A DNA stretch of 62,149 nt, from assembly GCA_051884775.1 (NCBI GenBank), contig JBJEVY010000076.1:1-62149 (forward strand), given 5' to 3'. The DNA comes from Candidatus Spyradenecus sp. (GTDB lineage: Bacteria > Verrucomicrobiota > Kiritimatiellia > RFP12 > DVOR01). The stretch's first letter is position 1. Every line of letters begins with the position of its first letter. The position numbers and the translations under genes are program-made. Of the stretch, positions 46,887 through 55,656 are shown piece by piece. The notes below the pieces were generated by a model. It saw only the letters and a list, made by a program, of their open reading frames with translations, was not told where the DNA came from and did no database searches.

Positions 46887-47327
46887 TTAGGGTTGCGCCG
46901 CCGGCGTTTCGCGCGCGCACCCGGTCTTAGCGGAGTCGACAACATCCTGCAAGGTGACATTGGCGAGGACCTCGCGCATCGAGCTGGAGATGCGTTTCCA
47001 GATGTCGGTGGCCGGGCAGAGGTCGAAGCGCGGACAGGAGGTGTCCTTGACGCAGGGGGTCAGGCAGATGGGGCCTTCCATAATCTCGACAATCTGCAGG
47101 AAGGTAATCTCGGTGGGGTCTTTGCAGAGTTGGTAACCGCCATCGACGCCTCGGGCAGACTTCACGAATCCGGCGCGGACGAGTTTTGGCAGCAGGCGGC
47201 TCATATACTTCTGCGAAATGTTCTGTGCCTCGGAGACCTCTTTGAGCGTCCGCTGACCTTCGCCTTGGTGGAGGGCCAGGTCTAAGAGCATACGCACACC
47301 GTAGCGCCCTTTGGTCGAGAGTTTCAT
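46887..47327 (-). CDS. Rrf2 family transcriptional regulator
   Basis: MKLSTKGRYG, SARG..GGY; three Cys (C..C..C) of IscR type. Confidence 0.92.
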   Translation of the reverse strand: MKLSTKGRYGVRMLLDLALHQGEGQRTLKEVSEAQNISQKYMSRLLPKLVRAGFVKSARGVDGGYQLCKDPTEITFLQIVEIMEGPICLTPCVKDTSCPRFDLCPATDIWKRISSSMREVLANVTLQDVVDSAKTGCARETPAAQP

Positions 47328-47372
47328 GGTCTTATTCCTTTCAATAAAGCGGGGTGGGGGAAAAGGGGGGGC

Positions 47373-48149
47373 TTATGCACCTTGCCAAACACTCGTGGCG
47401 TGGGCCAATAGTGCACCATCGGCTGCGCGGCAGACGGCGTGGATGAATTGCCCGGGGGTCGAGGCCCAGGTGCGGATGAGGACATCGTCGCCTAATTTCG
47501 CGGATTGCTTGTAGGCGATGTCAAACCGAACGGGCTCGGAGCCAAAGTAGGTGGCCTCGGGAATCGTCTCAAGCATCCACTCGGCGTAGTGGACGTTGTT
47601 AACATGGCCATTGGCGTCGATTTCAGCGCGGCGGACGGCGAAGTGGCACTCGGCGAGGGGAGCGGCCGAAAGGTCGGGCTCTGGGAGGCGCTCTTGGCAG
47701 AGGGCGAAGGTGGTGGTGCCGGGCGCGGCAAGGGCGAGGACGGTTTCGGGCAGGCGGGCCAAGCGTCCAGTGCGGAAGTTGACGTAGAGCCATTCGCTGG
47801 AGGCTTCCAGAAGGCGTTCACCCGAGGGTGTCTCCAAGGCGAATTGGCGTTCGGCCAGGAGGCGGCCTTTGACGCCGCTTGGCCAGGTGGCGAGGATCAG
47901 AGGCTCTTGCCAGGCCGGGAGACGGTTAATCTTGAGGGCGAGGCGGCCGAGCATCCAGGTGAAGCCTTGAGACTGCAGCTCGCGAATGCCTACGCCAATG
48001 GCTTGGGCGTGGAGCCCGGCGGCCTCTTGCAGGTGGTTCATCAACGCGGGGAGGGAGGCGCGCAGAGCCGCGCGGCACTCGCTGGCGGCAATGGCGCAGG
48101 GCTCTTGACGCAGGAAACGCGGGGCTGTGGAGGGATCGGGGAAGTTCAC
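47373..48149 (-). CDS. Acyl-ACP thioesterase (Fat-type)
   Basis: LQEAA..HA..IG, WML, TWP and EIDANGHVNN..Y motifs. Confidence 0.88.
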   Translation of the reverse strand: MNFPDPSTAPRFLRQEPCAIAASECRAALRASLPALMNHLQEAAGLHAQAIGVGIRELQSQGFTWMLGRLALKINRLPAWQEPLILATWPSGVKGRLLAERQFALETPSGERLLEASSEWLYVNFRTGRLARLPETVLALAAPGTTTFALCQERLPEPDLSAAPLAECHFAVRRAEIDANGHVNNVHYAEWMLETIPEATYFGSEPVRFDIAYKQSAKLGDDVLIRTWASTPGQFIHAVCRAADGALLAHATSVWQGA

Positions 48150-48173
48150 GGCTGTCTCGGCTCCAGGGGGACT

Positions 48174-49022
48174 TTAGTGCGCGGCTGAGAGGGTTTGAAT
48201 GAGAGCGGTTGCGAAGGGGGTGGGCTCGACGAAGAGTCCGAGCTGGCGCAGTCGGCGGGTGGAGAGGTGGCAATCGTAGGGGCGCGGCACGGCGGGTGGC
48301 GTGTGATCCGGGAGGCACTGTGCGGGGTCTACGCCAATCAGCGGGGCCATCGTGAGGGCCATCTGGAACTTGGTCATGGGCTCTTGGGCCGAGTAGTGGG
48401 CGATGCCACGCAGCGTGCCGGCGCAGACGGGCTTGGCCAAGCGGAGGAGTTGGCGGGCGATGTCGCAGGTGAAGGTGGGGTAACGAATAGCGAGGTCGTC
48501 CATCTTCACACAGGCACCTCGGGCGGCGAGGAGGTTGGCTGCCAGGATGGTAACAGCGGAGTTGCGCAGATCGGGCGTGGGGCCAAAGAGGATGGGCAGG
48601 CGCAGGATGAGGACATTGGAGGCCTCTTCAATGGCAGCTTCGGCTGCGGCCTTCTGGCGGCCATAGGCGTTGATCGGGCAGCGGCGGGTATCTTCGGCAT
48701 AGGGGGCATTGGCGCCGTTGAAGACATAGTCCGTGGAGATGTGGATGAAGGGGCGGGCACTCTCTGCGAGGAGGCGAGGAAGGGTGATGTTGAGGGCCTG
48801 GACTTCAGGCGAGTTGCCCTCGCAGAGATCGGGCTTGCGCTGGGCCGCACAGTTGATGATGAGGTCCGGGGCAGAGGCGGTCAGGAGAGCTGTCACGGCC
48901 TTGGGGCAGGCGAGGTCAATCTCACGATGGGTTGGCGCGGCAATTTCCCAGCCATCATCGTGGAAGCAGGCGGCAACCTGTCGCCCAAGCAGGCCGGAAG
49001 CACCAAGAAGGAGGAGTTTCAT
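48174..49022 (-). CDS. RmlD-like SDR (dTDP-4-dehydrorhamnose reductase / MAT2B family)
   Basis: GASGLLG, INCAA, ISTDYVF and YGRQK motifs. Confidence 0.88.
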   Translation of the reverse strand: MKLLLLGASGLLGRQVAACFHDDGWEIAAPTHREIDLACPKAVTALLTASAPDLIINCAAQRKPDLCEGNSPEVQALNITLPRLLAESARPFIHISTDYVFNGANAPYAEDTRRCPINAYGRQKAAAEAAIEEASNVLILRLPILFGPTPDLRNSAVTILAANLLAARGACVKMDDLAIRYPTFTCDIARQLLRLAKPVCAGTLRGIAHYSAQEPMTKFQMALTMAPLIGVDPAQCLPDHTPPAVPRPYDCHLSTRRLRQLGLFVEPTPFATALIQTLSAAH

Positions 49023-49768
49023 GTGTTCTCCAAGAGGGTTTTGCCGAAGAGACGCTGGGCGTTTTCGGTGGTTAGGCGAGCCAGGCGATCCGGGGTTATA
49101 CCGCGCACCTGAGCTAGGCACTCGGCGGTGGCACGGACGCGGACGGGACGGTTACGCTCGCCACGGAAGGGGACGGGCGCGAGGTAGGGGGAATCGGTCT
49201 CTACCAGGAGGCGGTCATCGGGGATACGCCGGGCAATCTCACGCAGGGCGGTGGCGTTTCGGAAGGTGAGAATGCCCGAGAAGGAGATGGCGTAGCCGAG
49301 GTCGAGGAGGGCCTTGGCAAAGGCCCAGTCGGTGCCGGTAAAAGAATGGATAACGCCGGCTTGTGGAAGCGCAACCTCGCGCAGAGCGGTCAGGGTAAGG
49401 GTGTCGGCCTCTCGGGTGTGGATGATGACCGGGAGGGATTGTGCCTTGGCAAAGGCGGCTTGGGGCAGGAAGGTGGCCATCTGGCGCGCCTCGACCTCCG
49501 GCCCTTGGGCGTAATGAAGATCGAAGCCCAGTTCACCGACAGCCACTTGGCGCGGTTGGCGTTCAGGCGGCGGGGGTGGCGTGGCTTCGCCCCAACTCCA
49601 GTCATAGCCCAGGGCACAGGGCGCGCCGGAGGCCAGGGCGGTGGCATTGAGGGCGGCGGAGCCTCCAACGGCGAGGACATAGACCGCGTTGGCACGCGCC
49701 TCGTCCAAGAGGGCGGGGATAGCATCCTCCGGCTCGAAGTGGCAGTGGGTATCGATGAGGCGTTCCAT
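49019..49768 (-). CDS. tatD: TatD family hydrolase
   Basis: IDTHCH, VGELGFD, IHTREA, IHSF and ETDSPYLAP motifs. Confidence 0.92.
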   Translation of the reverse strand: MERLIDTHCHFEPEDAIPALLDEARANAVYVLAVGGSAALNATALASGAPCALGYDWSWGEATPPPPPERQPRQVAVGELGFDLHYAQGPEVEARQMATFLPQAAFAKAQSLPVIIHTREADTLTLTALREVALPQAGVIHSFTGTDWAFAKALLDLGYAISFSGILTFRNATALREIARRIPDDRLLVETDSPYLAPVPFRGERNRPVRVRATAECLAQVRGITPDRLARLTTENAQRLFGKTLLENT

Positions 49769-51084
49769 TAGAGTCGTTCGGTGAGAAAGCGTTGGGAGAC
49801 AATTTCATCGGGCATAAAGGTGCGGAAACTGCCCGGCTTTAGCTCAAGGGTAATAGCGCCAAGCTCCGAGCGTTTAATGAAGACGCCTTGGAAGGTGGCG
49901 TGCTCGGTGTGGATCTCGAAGTTGGGTTGGAAGGTCAGGCGCACCTTGAGGGGGGTGACCTGATTGGCGGTGATGGTGAAGGTGCGCGTGGCGGGGGCAT
50001 AGCCGGGAGCCTTAAGCGTCCAGGTATACTGGCCGGGAGGAAGGGCGTGGGCAACCACCTCCGAGGTGTAAGCGCCGGGTTCTTTGGGGGCGGTCTCTAG
50101 AACCTTCTGGGCACCTTGGTAGGCGGTCACGACCCCGGGTTGGGTCTGAAGGGTTACGGTGCCGCGCACGATGGGCAGCGCAAACTCCTCGATGATCTTT
50201 TCGCCACGTTTGAGGGTGATGGTGCGCGTAACAGGGGAGTAGCCTTGTTTCTCCACACGCAGGAGGTGCGAGCCTTCGGGCAGATCGTTGAGCGTTAGGT
50301 CGGTCATCCCCCGGAAGATGCCATCGAGGTAGACGCGCGAGCCGTCGGGCAGGGCCGTGATGGTGAGCCCGGCGGGAAGGGGCTCAAAGGTAAAGGCGAA
50401 GTCGGGATGCTCGCCGGCCTTGAGGGTGAAGGTGTGGTTGATGGGTTTATAGCCACTCAAACGCAGGGTTAGGGTGTATTCCCCTTCGTTGAGGCGTTGG
50501 AGCGTGACGGGCGTCTGCCCCTTATCTACGCCATTGAGCAGAAGGCGCGCAGCGGGGGTGGAGGAGACGCGGAGTTCGCCGAAGGTGGGGGAGAGTTCCT
50601 GGTCGATAACTTGCGGCGTGGAGTCGCGTAACAGGAGGGTGTGGGCGGTTTGTTCATAGCCTGGTGCGCGGAAGAGGAAGCGGTAAGTACGCGGCTCATC
50701 CAGGAAGGTGTAACAGGGAGTCTGCCCAAGGACAATACCATCAAGCGTGACCGTGGCGGGAACATTGCTACGCAGGAGGACGGGAACCTGGTCACGCTCC
50801 AGCTTGAAAGCTTCTAGCCGTCGTTCGGCTGCCTGGAGCGTAACGGTGCGGTATTGCGTGCCGTAGCCTGGGGCGGAGACTTTGATAAGGGTGGTTTTGC
50901 CGGGAAGAACTTTAACTGTCTGAGCGGTGGAGAGGTCGAAGGGGGCTGCGTGGTCGAGCGAGATAAGCGCAGGGACCGAGGTGGTGATGCGCAACGTTGC
51001 CGGGAGCGTGTCCTGGGCACGCAGCCAACCGGCAAGGCAGAGCATAAGGGCGCAGAGGCCCCAATGGGCATGAAAGCGCGTCAT
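49768..51084 (-). CDS. Secreted multi-PEGA domain protein
   Basis: Signal peptide; repeated S.P.A.V.LDG...G.TP...G.Y...K.GY units. Confidence 0.85.
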   Translation of the reverse strand: MTRFHAHWGLCALMLCLAGWLRAQDTLPATLRITTSVPALISLDHAAPFDLSTAQTVKVLPGKTTLIKVSAPGYGTQYRTVTLQAAERRLEAFKLERDQVPVLLRSNVPATVTLDGIVLGQTPCYTFLDEPRTYRFLFRAPGYEQTAHTLLLRDSTPQVIDQELSPTFGELRVSSTPAARLLLNGVDKGQTPVTLQRLNEGEYTLTLRLSGYKPINHTFTLKAGEHPDFAFTFEPLPAGLTITALPDGSRVYLDGIFRGMTDLTLNDLPEGSHLLRVEKQGYSPVTRTITLKRGEKIIEEFALPIVRGTVTLQTQPGVVTAYQGAQKVLETAPKEPGAYTSEVVAHALPPGQYTWTLKAPGYAPATRTFTITANQVTPLKVRLTFQPNFEIHTEHATFQGVFIKRSELGAITLELKPGSFRTFMPDEIVSQRFLTERL

Positions 51085-52490
51085 CAGTGGGCTCCTTTCT
51101 TTAGGTATCGGTTCTCGATTTGCAGGAGTTTGTCGGTGGCCTGGCGGTTACGTTCATCCTCGCGGTCGGGAATCATTCGCAGGATTTTACGCAGGGCGGT
51201 GGCCGCATCGGCGTAGCGTTGGGTGTTGAGCGCCTGGTCGATGGAGAAGATGACAGCCTCGTAGCGCTCGGTGAGGAGGGCTTCGGCGGCCTGACGGCCT
51301 TGGTTCAACTCTCGGGCGAAGGCGGGCTTGGGATTAAGGGTTTCCAAGTAGGAGCAACCAAGCTTGTAGGCGGCTAGGGCGAGGTAGAGTTTTTCGTCAT
51401 CCAAGTCACGCTGGTCCCAATAGCGCTGACCCAGACGGAGCTGCTCCTCGCCCTTTTCGGTAAGTTCCTCAACCGAAAGCTCTGCCGCCCAGATGCCTAG
51501 TTCGTTGCGGGTGAAGGTCTCTAGCCGGTTGGCCAAGCGTGCAAAGGTGTCGTTGGTCGTATTCTCAGCGGTTCGCTTCCAGATAGTTGTGCCCAGGACA
51601 ATGGTCAACTGCTGGCGGTGGAGCGTTTGCGGATTGGTTCCTTGTTCGGGAAAGAGTTCGGGGATGGCGGTGTAATTTGATTCCAGGATTTCGCGGCGAA
51701 GGGCGGCTTTCGCCTGATCGTTCAAGGTCTTCTTGGTCGAGAACTTCCGGTTCTGCTCACCGAGGTCTACGCTGTCGACTGCCAAGGTGCCATCGTGTGT
51801 GTAGGTAATTCGGCTGCGATAGAGCATTCGCTCGTTAATCTCCAGCCGCTCGTACTGAAACTCCAAGGGCAGGTTTTCGGCCGAGGGGAGGGACTTAGGA
51901 CGCGCCGGCTGCGTTGGCGGATTGCCAGTCGTCACGACAATCCCTACGCCAACCACCAGCACCAGAATGGCGGCTAGGGCCAGGATGATCGCATGCAGCG
52001 GTTTGCGCTTGGCCCTCTCCGGCGATTCAGGCTTGGGGGCCAACCCCAAGTCTACCGCCTCCGGAACCGCGGCAGATGCCTCCGGGGCCGACTGGGGTGG
52101 GGCAACTTGAGCTAGCTGCGCCTCGGTGGCTTGAGGCTGCTCCTGAGGCGCGAGGACTGCGGTCTTTGACAGCTCGATGGGCGGCTCTGCGCCCTGCACT
52201 TCCACGCGCAGGATGGTATCGCCGACCGTCAGCAGATCGCCCTCTTTAAGGACTTCGGGCGCGGTGCCGATGGCTGTGCCATTGAGGAGCGTACCATTGG
52301 AGGAGCCTAAGTCCTGCACGGTCGGCCCCGGGGTGAGCTCAAAGCGGCAGTGCAGACGCGAGAGGAGGCCATCGCTCAGGTGAATATCTGCCACGCGCGT
52401 ACGCCCTAGGGTTGCCCCGCCGGGTGGCACGGTGAAGGAAGAGCCCTGTTCCGGGCCGTTGAGAACGCGTAGGGTGAGTGTGGCCATCAT
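51084..52490 (-). CDS. FHA-domain membrane protein with helical C-terminus
   Basis: LGR..D..LSRLH..DLGSSNGT.LNG FHA motif; single TM (IILALAAILVLVVGVGIVV); ATG/stop overlap with the PEGA gene. Confidence 0.85.
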   Translation of the reverse strand: MMATLTLRVLNGPEQGSSFTVPPGGATLGRTRVADIHLSDGLLSRLHCRFELTPGPTVQDLGSSNGTLLNGTAIGTAPEVLKEGDLLTVGDTILRVEVQGAEPPIELSKTAVLAPQEQPQATEAQLAQVAPPQSAPEASAAVPEAVDLGLAPKPESPERAKRKPLHAIILALAAILVLVVGVGIVVTTGNPPTQPARPKSLPSAENLPLEFQYERLEINERMLYRSRITYTHDGTLAVDSVDLGEQNRKFSTKKTLNDQAKAALRREILESNYTAIPELFPEQGTNPQTLHRQQLTIVLGTTIWKRTAENTTNDTFARLANRLETFTRNELGIWAAELSVEELTEKGEEQLRLGQRYWDQRDLDDEKLYLALAAYKLGCSYLETLNPKPAFARELNQGRQAAEALLTERYEAVIFSIDQALNTQRYADAATALRKILRMIPDREDERNRQATDKLLQIENRYLKKGAH

Positions 52491-52511
52491 GGTATCCTGT
52501 GTGGTGAGCGA

Positions 52512-54584
52512 TTAGAAGCGCCAGCGTAGCGAGAGCTCGAAGGTGCGCCCATCGTTGGCGAAGGCTTGGAGATTACGGGCAGATTCCACGCCGCGCGCAT
52601 TGAAGAGGTTGCGCAGGGCTAGACCCAGGGTCCAGTTCTCGCCGAGGGGGAAGTCGAGCGAGGTGTCGATCGTCAGGAGGTCGCGCACGGCATATTCACG
52701 CCCGGCGCGGGTTCCGCGGAAGGTCATCTCCCAATCGTCGCGCCACCGTCCGCCAATGCCCCAGACCGCATCGTAGAGCCAAGGGAGCTTGTAGCTACTC
52801 CAAAGGGAGATGGCGTGGGGCGGGAAGCGGTCGAAACGACCTGCGCCCCCCTTGTCGTAGTAGTCGATATAGGTGTAGGCTGCGTAGAGCGACCAACGGT
52901 CGGTGATGTTCCCGGAGGCGGAGAACTCGACACCGCGCGAATAGCTCTTGCCTTCGTCGGCGTAATAGTCATCGCCCAACCCATTGGTCATCAGGACCGG
53001 GGCGTTGCTCTGGTCAATTCGGAAGGCTGTTGCCGTCAACCACAGTTGATCCACCGGGTTAACGCGCAGACCGACCTCCTTCTGAACCGCTCGCCAAGAG
53101 GAGGAAAGGTAGTCGCCGGTGGTGCCGTACTTGCGGTAGTTGAAGTTCGGGCTCTCGGTGAGCGAAACATTAGCAAAGAGGATCGCCACCCCGGCTTCGG
53201 CAATGTCGTAGGAGAGACCCAAGCGCGGCGAGTAGGACCACGCATGGGCGTGGTTGACGCTGTTGTGCCAATCGGTTCGCAGTCCGGCCAGAAGCGAGAG
53301 CCCCTTCCAGGTCATGACATCTTGCACGGTCAGACCAAGCTTGCTCTGCGCGGTGTTTTCCCACGCCTTGTTCGCGGCCGAGCTGAACCAGCTCCAGCCC
53401 TGACTCTCCTTGCGCGTGACGCTGAACCCGGCCAGGAAGGTGTGCTCTACACCCAAGGTCTCAAACTCGAAGATGCCCTCCTGCGCGGCATAGAGGTTGC
53501 GCGTCAGGCGGTCGCCGGCCGAGGGCTCATACCAGGTGGCCGGGTTGGCGGGATTGAAGCGCACGGTTGAGGCCGGGCCGCGATAGTTCCAGCGGTTCTC
53601 CGTCTGATAAAAGGCGGCGGTGGTGCGCAGCGTGAAGCTGTCGTTGACTTTACCTTCCAGGCGGAGCGTGCCGCCATGGGTCTGGAAGCGCATCCGGTCG
53701 CCCGTCTCGGTGTAGGTGTCATCCCATCCCGTCAAGACCGGCTTGCCATAACTTGTGCGAATGCCTTGGTAGGCAGGCTGATTGCTATATTGATAGAAGA
53801 GGTCCAGCCCCAAGGTTAACCGGTCTGCGAACCGAAAGGTCAAGCTCGGTGCCACGGAGGTCATCCGCCCATGGCTCGCATCCGAAGGCGCCCAACCCGG
53901 CTCGCGCCACTCATAGGCCACCGGCACGCGCACCGCAAAGTCTTCGCCCGGCAAGACTTTGTTGACATCGGCCGTGAACTTGAGACGTGAGCCCGAGACG
54001 CGCGAGTAGGAACCCTTCACCTGGAAGTCATAGAAGTCTTCGGCGAAGGTTGCGCGCTTGGGCGTTAACAAGATGGCCCCGCCGATACCGCCCATTGGCG
54101 CGAGGGTGGAGTTTGCTTGCCCGCCATACGCTCCGCCTACCGGGCCCTTGACGATGTCGATGCGTTCAAGCAGCGAAGGATCCATAAAGGTGGCAATCCC
54201 GCCGACCATCGGCACGCCGCCAAAGTAGACCTCGCTGCCGCCAAAGCCGCGGATGGTGTAGGTGCCGGCATTGCGCGCCATTACCGTCTTCCCGCCCTGA
54301 TAGATGCCAGGTTGCAGGCTAATCAGCTGATCCAAGTCGGTGGCATTGCGCTCGCGAATGAAGTCCTCGGTCAAGGTGTCGACCACGAAGGGCACCTTCT
54401 CTGGTGGCAAAGGCACGAGGCTTGCAGCCTCATTTTCCTCCACGCGGAACTTAGGCAAGGGAGCGGCCGTCACTGTCACGGTCTCGCCCGTGGCGATCTC
54501 ATCCTTCGCCTCGGGGACTTCCGCCGCGCTCAACATGGCACTCAACGCCGCCACGCACGCGCTCATCAAGGAAATACGCTTCAT
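52512..54584 (-). CDS. TonB-dependent receptor (siderophore-receptor-like)
   Basis: TonB-box-like ETVTVTA, plug IRGF..ERIDIVKGP, C-terminal NLFN..GRTF.LSLRWRF. Confidence 0.9.
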   Translation of the reverse strand: MKRISLMSACVAALSAMLSAAEVPEAKDEIATGETVTVTAAPLPKFRVEENEAASLVPLPPEKVPFVVDTLTEDFIRERNATDLDQLISLQPGIYQGGKTVMARNAGTYTIRGFGGSEVYFGGVPMVGGIATFMDPSLLERIDIVKGPVGGAYGGQANSTLAPMGGIGGAILLTPKRATFAEDFYDFQVKGSYSRVSGSRLKFTADVNKVLPGEDFAVRVPVAYEWREPGWAPSDASHGRMTSVAPSLTFRFADRLTLGLDLFYQYSNQPAYQGIRTSYGKPVLTGWDDTYTETGDRMRFQTHGGTLRLEGKVNDSFTLRTTAAFYQTENRWNYRGPASTVRFNPANPATWYEPSAGDRLTRNLYAAQEGIFEFETLGVEHTFLAGFSVTRKESQGWSWFSSAANKAWENTAQSKLGLTVQDVMTWKGLSLLAGLRTDWHNSVNHAHAWSYSPRLGLSYDIAEAGVAILFANVSLTESPNFNYRKYGTTGDYLSSSWRAVQKEVGLRVNPVDQLWLTATAFRIDQSNAPVLMTNGLGDDYYADEGKSYSRGVEFSASGNITDRWSLYAAYTYIDYYDKGGAGRFDRFPPHAISLWSSYKLPWLYDAVWGIGGRWRDDWEMTFRGTRAGREYAVRDLLTIDTSLDFPLGENWTLGLALRNLFNARGVESARNLQAFANDGRTFELSLRWRF

Positions 54585-54646
54585 ATACTCCCTATTTAAT
54601 CACATTTCCCCGCGCCCTGCAATAGCCTAGGCTCGCTCCGCTCGCA

Positions 54647-54785
54647 GCGGTTAGCCGTTAGCGGTTGGCTGTTAGCTTCGCGTGCCGCGACGGAAAAGTG
54701 TGGTCTGAGGAGGTGAAGTCCACCTTCTCGAACGCTTCGTTTCTCCGTCGCACGCAGTGCGTGCTAACCGCTAACGGCTAACAGC
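54647..54785. repeat. Heptamer-armed REP-like element (E4)
   Basis: (GTTAGC-type)x4, TCGCG-TGC-CGCGA-CGG, core, CCGT-CGCAC-GCA-GTGCG, (GCTAACN)x3; contains the uppS stop codon. Confidence 0.85.
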
Positions 54786-55491
54786 TCGTGGCTGACGCGC
54801 TAGCGCCGAGCGCGCCATAGCGGCGGTCGCGGCGGGAGAAGGAATCGAGGGCCGCCTGGAAGTCGGCCTCGGCAAAGTCCGGCCAAAGGACAGGGGTAAC
54901 GTAGAGCTCGGCGTAGGACGCCTGCCAGAGGAGGAAGTTGCTCAGGCGCATCTCGCCACTCGTGCGGACGATGAGGTCTGGATCGGGCACATCGGGAAGA
55001 TAGAGGTTGCGCGCGAGCGTCTCCTCGGTAATCGCCTCGGGGTCGAGTTCGCCACGGGCCACCTGGCGGGCAATCGCCTGGGCGGCGTGGGTAATTTCGG
55101 TGCGCCCGCCATAACTGAGGCAGAGGATGAGTTGACGCTCGTAGGCGGCCGTGGCGGCTTCCACGCGGTCTAGGGCCTCGCGCACCTCCGCCGGTAGGTC
55201 GCTTTTGCGCCCCATATAACGAATCCGGACCTGATTCTCGTGAAAGGTCTTCTCCTCATTGGCGAGGTAGGCCACCAAGAGGTGCATCAGCGTCTCGACC
55301 TCCTCCTTCGGTCGCTTCCAGTTTTCGACCGAGAAGGCATAGAGCGTCAAGTAGCGAATGCCGGCATCGCGGCAGTAACCGAGCACGCGGCGGACCGTTT
55401 CGGCCCCGGCGCGGTGCCCCTCGGTCCGCGGCAACCCGCGCGCCTGGGCCCAACGCCCATTGCCGTCCATAATAAAGGCGATATGCTCCAT
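54778..55491 (-). CDS. uppS: Undecaprenyl diphosphate synthase
   Basis: HIAFIMDGNGRWA, YAFSVENWKRP and RTSGEMRLSNFLLWQ motifs. Confidence 0.96.
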   Translation of the reverse strand: MEHIAFIMDGNGRWAQARGLPRTEGHRAGAETVRRVLGYCRDAGIRYLTLYAFSVENWKRPKEEVETLMHLLVAYLANEEKTFHENQVRIRYMGRKSDLPAEVREALDRVEAATAAYERQLILCLSYGGRTEITHAAQAIARQVARGELDPEAITEETLARNLYLPDVPDPDLIVRTSGEMRLSNFLLWQASYAELYVTPVLWPDFAEADFQAALDSFSRRDRRYGALGASASATSC

Positions 55492-55513
55492 ACGCTCCTC
55501 GCTACGCTCGGTA

Positions 55514-55656
55514 GCCGACAGTGGACAGTCAACAGTCGACAGGACGCACTGCGTGCGACGGGCAACCGTGTGGTTAGAGGAAGTGAGCCTTACGGCTTCT
55601 ATCGCTCAGCTTCACCGTCGCGGCTTGCCGCGCACTGTCGACTGACGACTGTCGAC
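55514..55656. repeat. Heptamer-armed REP-like element (E5)
   Basis: (GTCGACA-type)x4, CGCAC-TGC-GTGCG-ACGG, core, CCGT-CGCGGCTTGCCGCG, (CTGTCGA-type)x3; abuts the purA stop. Confidence 0.85.
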
